Source: the human T2T-CHM13v2.0 reference genome, Homo sapiens
Length of the DNA: 64,000 nucleotides
Assembly (NCBI RefSeq): GCF_009914755.1
Contig: NC_060944.1
Reading direction: 5' to 3' (one strand)
In this document: positions 45,250 through 61,500 of the stretch, piece after piece
How the letters are laid out: every line of letters begins with the position of its first letter
Numbering within the stretch: position 1 is the stretch's first letter
Made by a program: the position numbers and the translations under genes
The notes under the pieces: generated by a model
What the model was told of the DNA's origin: nothing
Databases searched by the model: none
Seen by the model: the letters and a program-made list of their open reading frames with translations, nothing else

Positions 45250-47008
45250 TTATTTTAGTCATTCTAATAGTGACATTTCACTGTGGTTTTAATTTGCATT
45301 CCCTGGTGGCTAATGATGTTGAACATGCTTCTGTATATCTTCTATGAAATGTCTCTTTATGTATTTGACCTATTTTCTATTTTTTTTTTACTATTGAGTA
45401 TTGGGAGTGTGTGCGTTTGTGTGTGTGCGTGTATGTGTGTATATATATGTGTCAGATTGTGCTGGAAAATATGTTCTCCCAGTGCATAGATTTTTCTTTC
45501 ACCCTCTTAACAGGATCTTTTCCAGAAGAAAAGTATTAATTTTGATGAGACCCAATTTCTGAATTTTTACCTTTATTGTTCATGCTTTTGGTGTAAAGTC
45601 TAAGAACTCCTTGCCTGAAGTTCAATCCTAAAGATTTTCTTGTTTTTTTCTTAAGAAAAAAGGTATAGTTTTAAGTTTTACATTTAAATATGATTCATTT
45701 TGAGTTTAATTTTTGTATTAGGAGTGAAATGTGGATTGAATTTAATTCTTTTCCCTGTGATTGTCCAATTATTCCACTATCATTTGTTGAAAAAAATTAT
45801 TCTTTCCTTATTGAATTGATTTTTTTACCTTTGTCAAAAATTATTTGGGCATATTTATGTGAGTCTGTTCCTAGATTCTCTATTCTTTTCCATTGATCTG
45901 TATATCTGTTTCTCTGCCAATATCATACTCTCTTGATTACTGTAGCTATATAGTAATCTTTAATATTGGGTAGAGTGATTCATTTCACTTTATTCTCTTT
46001 TTCAAAGTTATTTTAGCTAATCTAGTGGCTGTGCCTTTCCATAAAACTTAAAAATAAGCCTGTCTATATCTACAGAAAATCCTTGTTGGGATTTTGAGAG
46101 TTATGTTAAGCCTATAGAGCAAATTGTGGGAGAACCGATATCTTTTCTATGTTAAGTCCATTCATGAACATGGTATGATTCTCCATTTGTTAGAGGCTTT
46201 TTAAAATTTATTTCATCAGCATTTTCTAATGTTCAGCCTTCAAATCCTGTGTGTTTTATTACATTTATACCTGATTATTTCATTTAATTTGTATTAAATT
46301 TTAAGGTTTTTAAAATTGAGTATCTAATTTGTATAAGCCAGTCATTTTTGGCCTATGATATGACAAAACAATCATCTAGTTTTCTCTCCTACCCCACAAT
46401 TATTTAACTAATCTTAGAAATGATTAATTGTCTTTGCATTTTGGGAAGAGCATCAGGTTTTTAACAGTTTATAAAAGTTTAATTTGTTTAGTCTGTCATT
46501 GGACTATTTGTTTTTTGTTAGCTTAGTTATATTCTGAAGAAACACACAATACACATAATGACATAAGAAAAACAAGACAAAACCAAACTTTACTTATGAA
46601 GTGAATTGATTGTAGATGTTTTTCCTCCATTCATGTGTTTCTTACATGAATTTCTTAATAGCGTATACCTCTAAGATACAATCTATCCAGTTTCACATTT
46701 GTATGCATATGTGCATAAACACTTAAACATAATCCAAGTACACATATAATCTCTTTGTACATGATGCCAAAAGGAAAGGGTGGGTTTTCTCAAGTTGGTG
46801 AAAAGTTTGTCAGATAGTTTTTCCGTTTGGGAGAAATCACAGGCTATTATTAGCCAAGGCAGTCAATGCCCAAAAAATTCTATTGACAAAAGATGGAAAT
46901 CTACTAATCGGTTTACATTTTTTTGCAGATTTATTTTTTCTCTTTACACTTCTTATTTTTTAAGTTATTAAAAAAAGCATGTTTTTTGTAACAAATATAA
47001 ATGTTTCT

Positions 47009-47315
47009 GGCTGGGCGCAGTGGCTCACGCCTGTAATCCCAGCACTTTTGGAGGCTGAGGCTGGTGGATCACGAGGTAAGGAGATCGAGACCATCCTGGC
47101 TAACATGATGAAACCCCGTCTCTGCTAAAAATACAAAAAATTAGCCGGGTGTGGTGGCGGGCGCCTGTAGTCCCAGCTACTCGGGAGGCTGAGGCAGGAG
47201 AATGGCCCGTGAACCCGGGAGGCGGAGCTTACAGTGAGCCGAGTTCACGCCACTGCACTCCAGCCTGGGCGACAGAGCAAGACTCTATCTCAAAATAAAT
47301 AAATAAATAAATAAA
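47009..47315 (+). mobile_element. AluY with (TAAA)n tail
   Basis: Y diagnostics; TSD ataaa(t/c)gtttctg. Confidence 0.95.
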
Positions 47316-49835
47316 CGTTTCTGAAATGTATGGACTAAAACGCAAAAAAAAAAAAAAAAAAAAATTCTGATGTTGGACCCTAGTCCCTGCCGTCAGAAAA
47401 AAATGCTAATAGTTTAATGTGCATTTTTCAAACTCTTTACTCTGTCTGCACACACAGAAACATATTCTCACACACATATAAATTAGTTTTAGAGGTAAAA
47501 TGGAGTAATTCATTACATATTATACATATTATATTTAAGCAGTTCATAAATTCAGGCTTCCGTAGGACACATTTGGTGAGCCTGTGGTTCTTGCGTAAAT
47601 TATAGTGGCAGTTCCTTTCATATTCAAAATATTGTGGTTAATGAGATAAATTATATGATCACACGAATTGCCCTAGTCCCCTTTTCCTCATGTTTTGACT
47701 ATAATTCTAAGTCAGTAATTAATGGCTCTACCTCCTTAATTTAACAGCTCTAGCGTACTGTTTAATATCAATACACCATAATCTGTTTAAGCATACCCAA
47801 ATTGGTGGACAAAAATGTTTCCAGTTTTTGCTAATACCAATTCTATTACAGTAAAGAATGTGTGCATCTATTTTTATGTGCTCAGACTAATGTTTGTGGA
47901 CGAAACAGTCTTAGAAGTGAGGTATCAGGTAATAGCCTGCACCTTTAAGTTTTTTTCTGGTTACTGCCAGGATGTCTCTAAGAAGGTTATATAAAATCAT
48001 ACACCCACTGACAGCTTATGAAAGTCCCCCTCATGTCAGATTCCATTCTCTCTGTAAATTTCAGATGCAAACTTCTCAACTTAAGCATTTTTAAAAGAAT
48101 GCACGGTGCACAAATGGATTATTTTAGTTATTTCACATGGACAAATAAAGAGCCACTCTTCAAGGAGACGTCCACATTTATAACTCAGACAGGCGCTAGT
48201 CCCTATTTTAAGTGACCTAGGGCATGTAGATATTTTTGGAAGGAATGAAACCATGTATATGGGGACTGGAATATAACTGTCTAGACTGGTTCTTTCTTAA
48301 GAAAATTTTAATAAAAGTGTTTGCTTAAACTGCTATGTTCAAGGGTCCTGGGAGGAGCTTGGATGAAATGTCTTGTGGATAAAATTTTTGATGAAAACTG
48401 AGCATGTTTCTCTTTGCTCGCTTCTCCCTGCTCACTGGCACTGTATATTTAAGCCATTGGTATTTTTTTAGAAAAGATAATATGAAAAGGTTAAAAGTTT
48501 TGTAACACATTATACAACATCTTTTGGAAATTTCTAATAGAAATGCTTATTAGAGTATTTTAGAGTACTCTGCCATTTAAACATAATCGTATAAAAATAA
48601 TTGTTATAATTTAATTGGGTTATTTACTAACACTTCAGAAACATTGTGGACTCAGAAATGGATGGTTTTCATGTTAGTTTTATTTTTGAAGACAACGTAC
48701 AAAAGTTAAAGGGGCTTGTGCCTCTTTATTTTCGGTAGGATAATGGTAGGATAATTAAATTGTTTTTTAAGAATGAAACAATTTGAAGCTTCTGCAGAGC
48801 TTTGCAATTTGCATATACAAAGTGAATTGCTCACTTAATTCATTCAGTCCCACAAGGGAAAAAATAATTAGGATACAACCTACAAAGCAAGGCGGAAAAT
48901 TACCTTTTATGTAGCAGTCTTGTTTTTACTTGGTAAACATAAATAAATCATCATCTGTAAATTACCATCAGCAAAAGAAAGGGAAAAATTGGAAATCTGA
49001 TCCTTTTTTTTTTAAATGGCTTTTGACTTTGCAGCATGTCAGAAACATAGTTGATATCCCCACAAAATGCAGATTAATTGCATAATTCTGACAGGAATAT
49101 GCCAGTTCCTGAAGGGAATGTGCCTTTAAAAATCCCATTGTAGTAATCTTTTTGAAACAGCAGAAGAAATTTCAACAGTTTCCCGTCTAGTTACAAAATA
49201 ATCCATTTGGAAAATTGAATTGTGTAATTTGCAATGGTTTTCCAAGTTGTTAATGCAAAACTATATCGGTAGCAAATTAAACATTTAAAGTATGACCACT
49301 TTGTTAATTGTTGGCTGTTAAACATTTATTTCAATGAATACTATCATTTATGATGAATAAGACATCTGGAGTATGGCTTTAAACAGAAAAATTAATTTGG
49401 CAGTCCATTTTTGGAAATTCTTAATTGGATGGCATAAAGATTTATCTGTAATTTAGGAGAGTGTTGAGTATTTCTTTCTTTTGTTGGAATCACAGTACTT
49501 TGTGTATTTGATACTCAGAAAGCTAGAAACCAAGAACTGCATAGTAATTAACTATTTCTTAAATATCTCCCTGCTTTTTTATTCCTCTTTATTCTTACCT
49601 AGGTGAAAGTCCTAATTGCTTTTTGCTGTTTTGTCTGCCTCGCTCTCAGGACCTCCTCTCCTGCCCTCAGGTCCCATTCCCATCCTTCTCATGGTTAAAG
49701 GTCAACATGTGTGGCCAAGCCAGCTGGACAAGGCTCAAATCCAGGAGGTGCCATTCTGAGAGATTCCATTTGAGTGGTGCTTCTTATAGTTGTATGAGGC
49801 AGCTGCCTTGTTCATTGTCCACTTTTACTATATAT

Positions 49836-50031
49836 AACATCAGCACTGTTGACATTTTGGTTGTGAGAGGCTGTCCTGTGCGTTGTAGGACCTTTGGCAG
49901 CATCCTTGGCCTTGACCAACCAGATGCCAGTACATCTTCTCAATTCTGACAGCCAAAAATATCTTCAGACATTGCCAAGTATCTCTGGGGAAGGGGGGTG
50001 GGCAAAATCTTCCCCAGACTGAGGACCACTG
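49836..50031 (-). mobile_element. MER20 DNA transposon
   Basis: gcactgttgacattttgg...ggctgtcctgtgcgttgtagga...cagacattgccaa...gaccactg. Confidence 0.8.
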
Positions 50032-50502
50032 GCCTGTGGAATCATCTTTCTAGAGCATAAATATGACTGTTCCATTTGCCTGCTTAAGCCTTTTAATTTG
50101 CACTCTTCAGATCTTATGATTCACCCTAAACTCCTGAGTGCAGCGTACCAGCCCCTTTAGGATCTAGCTCTGGTCCGTCTGCTCCAGCCTCATGCTCATC
50201 AGTTTCCTGTTGCCAACTTCCTCCCATCACTCTTCCCTACGTTTTCATCATACCAAACTCTGTTGTCTTATGATTGCACACGTGTAGTTTCTTTTGCCTG
50301 GAAGCTCATCTTTGTTTTCTTTGCCTCATAAACCCGTGCTCATCCTTCGAGACCCATGTTAGGACTAACGAGGCCTAACTCAGAAATGATGGCCTCTCTG
50401 ACCTTTTTCTCTATATTCATTTGGTGGTTTAGTAAAGAGTTGTTCAATTTTCTGTGTTTGAATTACTGTCTCAGTTATTCACCGTCTGTATGAACAAATT
50501 AA

Positions 50503-50820
<318 letters not shown>

Positions 50821-51289
50821 GCAACATTCTTATATGTACAATGGGAATACAATAGTGCCAGCCAGTTAGATTGGAAAAAAAATTAAATGACATGATTGAT
50901 ATGAGGTGTTCAGAACGTAATACCTAGCATATAATTAAGAAAAAAATTAATGTCAGCCACTGCCGCTATTATTGTTATTATGCTATCATAATATCTTTTT
51001 TTTAAGGTTCTACAAATGGCCCACAAGCAACGCAGGCAGCCCCCTTTTTTTTGTAGGTCTTGGGACCTTTGGGAACCATATAGATCAGATTATTAGATCT
51101 TTCCCTTTGTATGCTTCTGTTGCACTTGTGCAGACTTGGTCTAAATAATCATTCTCTGGAGTTCGCCTGCCTCTGCCACTAGTTGGGAATGGTCCAACCA
51201 TGGATGTGTTAATGACATCACTGTGCCTCTCAGCCTTCTTGCTTTTACAGTGTGGATGATGCCAATATTCACCTCTGGAAGTAGAACTT

Positions 51290-51700
51290 TAACAAGCACC
51301 TACTGAGGGTCTACCCTGTATAAAGCATGGTTTTTGGCAATGTGGATTTGGTGGCAAACACAGCAGACGAAATCCTGACCCTACTGCAGTGGGGAATAGA
51401 GGGAGGCAGAAAGGAATATATATAAGCAAAATATGTAGAGTATTGGTGTTACTGATAAATGCCAAAGAGAAAATTAAAGCAGGAATAGAGGATAGGAAGT
51501 ATGGAAGGAGAGGGTTGCAGTTTTAAGCAGAATAATCAGGAATGGTCTCATTGAGAGGGTAATATGCAAGTCACTGATGGTAGGGTGAGAGTGAGCCAAT
51601 GGCGTAGCTAGAGGAAGTGTTTCCAGGCAAAAGAAGAGCAAGTGCAAAGCCCGGAGCAGGGAGAATGCTTGTTGGGAGTGACAGAAAAAGACCACATAAA
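51290..51700 (-). mobile_element. L2 fragment
   Basis: aacaagcacctactgaggg...gtgtttccaggcaaaagaagagcaagtgcaaagccc. Confidence 0.65.
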
Positions 51701-51764
51701 TGAAATGGATTTCAGTTGGGCTTTAAAGATAAAATAAAGCTGGGCTTTTAAGATAATAAAGTTA

Positions 51765-52068
<304 letters not shown>

Positions 52069-53344
52069 GGATAATAACGTTGGTTGTGCGTTGACTTCAT
52101 TTCAGTAGAGTGTCTTCCACGTAATGACCTCTAGCATCACAATAAGGCCATGTTTGCAGAGAGGTATATAGGAGCTTCCTGAAAGTTCCAAAGAGCTGCC
52201 CACTAGATAAGCAGAACTTCAGTGTGCAGCTTTAATTCTTCCAACTATGCAAACAGAGCCATTTCTTTTAGAGGAACTCAGAGCGTGTGGGAAGAACACA
52301 TGCAGTTGGAATATATCCTGAGAAGAGAGAATCAAAGTTTGTTCAGACTGATTTTTCAGGCAGTGCCATCCAACATAATCACATGCTGGAGCCAAAAAGC
52401 ACATCACTGACAAAGTAGCCTTCTGTCATTTCCTGCATTGCTCCAGGAAAGGCGAGCCGGACCGCCTTCCCCATCTGCTGCAAGTCTCTGTTGAAGGAAG
52501 GACGCTGTGCTGCCTGGGGAGGTTTTGAAGGCCCAGCTAATGATGGAATGCAAATGCCGCCAAAAGGCCTGAGAAGCAGAGCATCACCCATATCCCTTCT
52601 CAATAGGACTAGATAGACACCTGTATCCACCTCTGCTTGGTTTTCTTCATATCCTTAATAAGTACAGTTTGAACTTGTGGTTGTGATAACAGCCAGCTGG
52701 CTATTTCTGCTGAGATACCCATGAAGAGACTGACGATGATGTGACATTTTAATGCCACTGTTCCTTTCTTGAGGAAGCTACCTGAGTGTGTATAGCAGCT
52801 CACCTATTGACACATCTGAGTTAAAAGCTGAGGATGAGGATGTCTGTGTGTACAAGGACTATGTGGTGGGCACTGATGTGAGCTAAACAGGCAGAGTAAA
52901 TTCTAAAGAGTTGAACTTGCTCATATGACTAAATTCAGTAGTTACACATTTTTGAAATTAAATTGAATAGCAATAGTGACTCTAGTAATAATCTGGATCT
53001 CTGCAGATTATATTAGTGAAAAGCATTGTGGAGTAGAAACAGGAAAAATGTCCTCAGTCAATGTTTATCTTGAACCTGGCAATCATAGACATGTGGGCTT
53101 AGGAGGACAAATTGGGGGATTAAAAAAATAGTATTTTGATGCAGAGGAAAGCCTTAGATGAATGCTAAGACTGTTTGCTGAAATGGTTGGGAAACAGTAT
53201 AGTCAGGTGATGCCAAAACATCACCTGGCTCTAATGACAATTAGGAAAATTGCTATTTTACTATAAACAGAAATGGCAGCTACCTCCAAGTGATCAAGCT
53301 GAGCCTCATTCATGGAGGGATTTTCTGGCATTCTTTGCCTTATG

Positions 53345-55000
<1,656 letters not shown>

Positions 55001-55974
55001 GCTTTGCCACAGGACCTGGCATGCCGATTCCTATGCTGTGTGTCTTAAATTTCATTTGAGTGGCAGCCTGCGTGGGCTTTAAACCATGGTGCCATATGTA
55101 CCCACATAAAACCAAGTGGTTTTGAGAAGCTGAGTTTTCTTTCACATCTTAAAGTCCAAGTAGGAAAGATGAGTTTAGTTCAGGCTGCCTTCTTTTGAAT
55201 TGACAAGTACTTTATTTTTACTTAGAAATTAAGATTTGCATTCGTTTTTTCGCATTTCCAAGTGGTGTACTTTTAAAGATGCAGTTTATGATTTTCAGAA
55301 ATATTCTTTAACATATTTGTCTCTAAGACCATTTGCATCTTTAATTTTATTCATTTGCTCATTTACTGAGCCTGTCAGGGATTCATTCATATGTTATTAT
55401 TTGATTTTTAAGGAACACTTGCTGTGGAGAGTAGTATTAGGAAAAACATACTTGTTTTAGAAGCTGGAAGTTCTAGATTTGAGTATGGCTCCATCCCCTC
55501 CTTTCTATGAAATTATAATTAAGTTACTTCTTTGATTTTCACTTTATTGATCCTTGTAATGGGTTTAATAATAGTTTACCAAGGATGTTATATCATCCAG
55601 AGAATTTAGTATCACTTTAAAATCATTCAGTATTCTGTGTTTGATTAAAGTGAATAGGCTTCTTTCTTGAGAAGTAGATTTATAATTGTTACTATTGGGA
55701 AGAGGATTCGAGTGGAATTCATTTCTTTATTTCCTTATACTAGCTCCGCATCCATATAATGGGTCAGTGTGTTAGATTTCCTTTGAAAATTAAAAAGAAA
55801 AAATGATTCAACTGCTAAAATAAAACTGATAGCCAATGTTCTAGTACAGTTTCCTGATTATTAGGAATTTGGCTAGGAAATCTGGTCTTCATACAAGAAG
55901 CAATATTGTTACACAATGGGATTTGAGAGAAAACTCTATGAAAATCCTTGGCCAAAAGGAAATCAAACAGAGGG

Positions 55975-56335
55975 TGTATTAGCCAATGTCTGCTGTGGCA
56001 ATAATTCCAAAATCTTAACAGTTTACAGCAACACATCTTTATCTCTCACTCTTGTTACATGAGGGGTCTGGATTGATTGGCTGTGAGTGTACTGAATGCA
56101 TCTCAACTCAGCTGAGGTTCACCTGTGTTCAGAAATCCAGGAAGGAGGGCAATGTTGTTCTCATGGTGGAGAGTTGAAGCTCAAGGAGGGAGGGACTGAC
56201 CTAATTACATGCACTTAAAGCACATTAACTCACATTGTATTGGCCAAAGCAAGTTGCATGGCCAAGTCCAAAGTCATAGGAAACAGTTGCAAGGGCTGAG
56301 AGGGAATGAATGATTCTTGATAGATAACTCAATCT
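55975..56335 (-). mobile_element. MLT1J/K-like MaLR LTR
   Basis: tgtattagcc...ccaaaatctt...attggccaaagcaagttgcatggccaagtccaaagtca. Confidence 0.6.
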
Positions 56336-58141
56336 AGGACAAAAAATGAAGGTTGCTGTGAGCTGCAGAATGTGCCTTTGGTTTGATTTACATATCCCCA
56401 AATCCTAGGGAGAGAATCATTTTTGCCAAACTTTATCTTTACTGAATCTTTTCCAACCTCCAGGATCACAAGTATACTTCATGCATTAAAAACCTTCCCA
56501 AAGTTCATTATCTTTTACCACTATGTGCTGTGAATTCTGAGGTAGCCTATGATAATTTCTGTAAGAAATTACTTCAGGATGTCAAAAATCAGATTAAATA
56601 TAGAATTAAGCTGGGATTTTGAAATTTAATACCCATTTTTTTGAGAAAATCAAGTATTTCAAAGGTCCTAATACTGACATTTTTAGTAAGCCGTATAGAC
56701 ACTTCCGGTCTTCTTTGATAGCTACAAATTTTAGCTCCATTTCAAGAGAAAGAACTCTGGAACCTAAGCCTAAATATATCCTGAAAAAAGAAAAGAAAGT
56801 TGAGGAATTGAGAAGAGTCAAATGATTAATTTGAAGGAGTAACCAGGCAGGTAACAGCCCAGAAAATACACAGAAGTTATTTTGATTTTCTAACTTGGCC
56901 TGCTGTTGTTTTGGCAGAAAGATCGTGTGCAAGGATATCTAAAAATAAATAACTCTATTTACATACCATTTTTAATAATAAAATTTGACTTCTCTTCTTT
57001 TCTGTTATCAAAACTCTTTCTGTTAGTAATGAAAATTTATAATTGCATCTCCTTTAGAAAATTTATAATTGTGTCTCCTGTTTCGTTGCAACAGCTATTT
57101 TGTCCTTTAAATCATAATTCTCAGACATATTTCAGGTTTCAGTCATGGAGCTTGAAATGCTTTATTTTCTTTGTTGCTTGCGGAATACAATCATGAAATG
57201 GGCAAAAAAGCACAAGGAAAACAAATGGCCCTATTGAGATGAGTGGTCTTTAAGATATCAAATGGGAATCAGATCATCACCCAGTTTCTGTTAAAATCTA
57301 TTGTCATTCCTCTGCTAAGCAAATGAGACTTGTTCTGGGTGATTATATGACATTATTGTTTGTATGCTGTACTGTTGACTCAGTAGGAAATTATATGAAG
57401 AAAAGTCAATTTCATAGCAGTAGTATTAGATTAACAGTATCTTTCCTGACTTTTAGGCATTTGTCATTTATTTATTATTTTTTGCCATAATCAGTATCAT
57501 CTTTACTCTTACGAATATTTTGTTTTAAATCAGGTTGGTTTTTGTTTAAATAAATTTACAATAAGAGAAAACTTTTCTTATTACCATATTACCATTAATA
57601 CAAGAACAGTATCACTTGCCATGAATAGAAATTAACTTAATAAAAAAATACAATGGATAGAAAATAATATTTTAAAATTCTGAGTATCTTTTGCTGCCTA
57701 AAAGTTGTGTGTGTGCTTGTGTGTGTGTGTGTGTTGGCAGGGGGTGAGGCACAGTGGTTAAAGAACACATAACATAAGACTTACCCACTTAACAAACTCT
57801 TAAGTGTACAGTGCAGTATTGTTAATTACATGTACATTGTTTTATAGCAGATCTCTAGGGCTTTTTTAAATCACGTGTGACTAGAATTCTATATTCGTTA
57901 AACAGCAACCTCCCATTCCCCTCTCCCTGCAGTCCCTGGAAACCACCATCCTATTTTCTGTTTCTATGAGTTCAGCTACTTTAGATAACCTCATATAAGT
58001 GGTAACCATGCAGTATTTGTCCTTTCGTGATTGTCTTCACATAGCATAATGTTTTCAAGGTTCATCCGTGTTGGAGCATATGACAGAATTTCCTTCTTTT
58101 TTAGGGTGGGATAATAGTATATGGTATATGTATACATTTTC

Positions 58142-58582
58142 TTTTTTTATATATATATACTTTAAGTTCTGGGGTACATGTGCAGAATGTGCAGTTTTGT
58201 TACATAGTATACACGTGGTGTGGTGGTTGGCTGCACCCATCAACCTGTCACCTACCTTAGGTATTTCTCCTAATGCTATCCCTCCCCTAGCCCTCCATCC
58301 CCCGACAGGCCCTGGTGTGTGATGTTCCCCTCCCTGTGTCCATGTGTTAGCCTTGTTCACCTCCCACTTAGGAGTGAGAACATGCGGTGTTTGGTTTTCT
58401 TTCTTGTGACAGTTTGCTGAGAATAATGGTTTCCAGCTTCATCCATGTCCCTTCAAAAGACATGAACTCATCCTTTTTTATGGCTGCATAATATTGCATG
58501 GTGTATATGTTCCACACACAACTTTACAAGAAAAAAACAAGCAACCCCATCAAAAAGTGGGCAAAGAATATGAAGAGACACC
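58142..58582 (-). mobile_element. L1PA (PA6-8-like) 3' insertion with a 5' inversion, nested in the older L1
   Basis: Minus-strand L1PA 3'UTR at 58142-~58516, then a plus-strand ORF2 piece; TSD acattttcttt. Confidence 0.88.
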
Positions 58583-61500
58583 ACATTTTCTTTATCCATT
58601 TATCTGTCAATGGATAATTAGGTTATTTCCCTGTTTTGACTATTGTAAATAATGCTGCCATAAACATGGAAGTGAAAAGATCTCTTCAAGACCTTGTTTT
58701 CAATTTTTTTGAATAAATACTCAGAAGTAGGATTACTGAATCATATAGTAGTTCTGTTTCTAATTTTTTGAGGAACCTCCACACTCTTTCCCTAAGTGGC
58801 TGCACCTTTTTACATTCCCATCGAGAGCACACAAAGTTTCCAATGTCTCCACATCCTTGCTAACACTTGTTATCTTTTAGGTCTGTGGGGTTGTTTTTTT
58901 CTGATAATAGCCATCCTAAGAGATAGGAGGATGTGGTTATGGTTTTCATTTGCCTTTTTCTGATGATTAGTGATGTTGAGAATCTTCTGATATATCCATT
59001 GGTCAGTGTATGTCTTCTGTGGAGAAATGTCTATCTTTGAATAGACATTTGCCCATTTTAAAATTGGCTTATTTATTTTTACTTTTATTATTTTTGCTAT
59101 TGAGTTATACGAATTTCTTATATATTTTGGCTATTAACCCTTTATCAAGGATATGGTTTGCAGATATTTTTCTCATGCTATAGGTTGCCTTTTCACTCTG
59201 TTGATTGTTTCTTTTCTATGTATAAACTTTTTAGTTTGATGTAGTCCTACTTGTCTATTTTTGCTTTCATTGCCTGTGTTTTTGGTCTCATATCCAAGAA
59301 ATCACTGTCAAGACCACTGTCATAAAGCCTTTTCCCTCTGTTTTATTCTAGGAGTTTTATAGTTTCAGGTCTTACATTTAAGTCTCTAATCCATTTTGAA
59401 TTGATTTTTTGTTTATGGTGAAGTAAGGGTACAATTTCATTATTTTTCATATGGATATACAGATTTTGTAGCATCATTTGTTGAAAAGCCTATCATTTTC
59501 CTGTTGTATAAACTTGGCACCCTTGTGAAAGACCATTTTATTGTATAAGCATCAATTTATTTCCAGGTTCTCTTTCTGTTCCATGTGTCTGTATGTTTGC
59601 CTATGTGCCAGTACCATATTATTTAGATTATTGTAGCTTTGTAGTATATTTTGAAGCAACTCTGGCTTTGTTCTTTTATGTTGATTGTTTTGACTATATA
59701 AGGTTCTTTGTGTTTTCATATGAATTTTAGCTTTGCTTTTCCTATTTCTGAAAAAAAAAAAAGCTCCTGGGATTTTGATAGAGATTACATTGAATCTGTA
59801 GATCATTTTAGATTGTATGTTAAGTCTTTTTTTTAACAATGTTAATTTTAACAATGTTAAGTCTTTCAATCTATGAAAACAGGATGCCTTTCAATTTATC
59901 TGTGTCTTTTAAAATGAATTTCTTCAGTGTTTTCTAGTTTTCAGTGTACAAATATTTCATCCACTTGGTTATATTTATTCCTAAATATTTTGGGTTTTTT
60001 GATGCAATAGTAAGTGAGATAATTTTCTTAATTTTCTTTTGGGATTGTTTATTGTTAGTGTATAGAAATACAACTGATTTTTTATGTTGATTTTGTATCG
60101 TGCCATTTTACTGAATTTGTTTATTTGTTCTAACTTTTTTTGTGTGTAGATAGAATCTTTAGGGTTTTCTACATATAAAATTATGTCATCAACAAATGGA
60201 GATAATTTTACTTCTTCTCTTCAGATATTGATGCCTTTTACTTCTCTTTCTTGTCTAATTGCTCTAGCTAGGAATTCTATTACCTTGTTGAATAAATGTG
60301 GTGATAGTTGGCACCTTTTGACTTGCTCCTGATCTTAGGAAAAAAAAATGTTTTCATTTTTCACCATTGAGTATATGGTCTTCATCATGTTGAAGTAATT
60401 TTTTTCTACTCCCATTTTGTTGAGTGTTTTTATCATGAAATGTATTGAAATTTGTCAAATGCCTTTTCTGCATCTGTTGAGGTGATGATATACTTTTCAT
60501 CCTTTCTTCTGTTAATGTGGTGTATCCATCTTGCTATGTAGAACCCTTGTATCTGAGAGATAAACCCCACTAGATCATGATATATTATCCATTTAATATG
60601 CTGCTGAATTCAGTTTGCTAGTATTTTATTGAGAAATTTGCATGTATATTCATCAGTGATATTGGCCAGTATTTTTCTTTTCTTGTAGTGTCTATATCTG
60701 GCTTTGGTATCACAGTAATGTTGGTCTCACAGAATGAATTTGGAAGCGTTCCTTCCTCTTCAGTTTTTTTGAAGAGGTTGAGAAGAATTTGCATTAATTC
60801 TTCTTTAAATGTTTTGTGGAATACACCAACATTTCTTCCAACAAAGAAATACACAAAAAGCCATCTGATCATGTGTATTTCTTTGTTGGAAGATTTATGA
60901 TTAATTATTGAATCCCTTAATAGTTACAGGTTTGTTCCAAGTTTCTATTTCTTCATGATTCAGTCTACGTAGGTTGTATGTTTCCAGAAATTTATCTACC
61001 TCTTCTAGGTTATCCAAGCTGTTGACTTTTTCTTGGTGTATCATCATTCATGGTAGTCTCATAATCCTTTTCATTTCTGTGGCATCAGAAGTAGTATCTC
61101 CTTTCATTTCTGATTAGACTCCACTTATTTTCCTTAACCTAGCTATTTGTCAGTTTCATTGATCTTTCAAAAACCAATTCTTGGTTTCACTGGTTTTTCC
61201 TAGTGCTTTTCTATTCTCCATTTCATTTAGTTCTAATCTAATTTTTATTATTTCCTTTCTTCTTATTATTTTGGGCATAGTTTGCTCTGTTTCTAGTTCC
61301 TTGGGGTGTAAATTTAGGTTGTTTACTTGAGGTATCTCTTCTTTTTTAATGTAGGAATTTACCATTATAATCTTCTTTTTTAGTATTGCTTTTGCTACCT
61401 CACACAAATTTCGGTATGCTGTGTATTTGTTTTCATTCAGCTCAGGGTATTTTCCAAATTCCCTTTTGATTCCTTCTTTGATCTATTGGTTGTTTAAGAT

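Noticed and set aside
49570-49750. Strong-looking acceptor at ~49602
   Set aside because: No convincing donor within exon distance.
56619-56825. Lys/Glu-rich 68-aa ORF as a possible exon or pseudogene
   Set aside because: It does not match the DOK5 sequence I recall or any protein I recognise; A-rich composition explains it.
59552-61407. ORFs similar to reverse-transcriptase-region protein sequence
   Set aside because: Frameshifted, stop-riddled remnants of a dead L1 ORF2.
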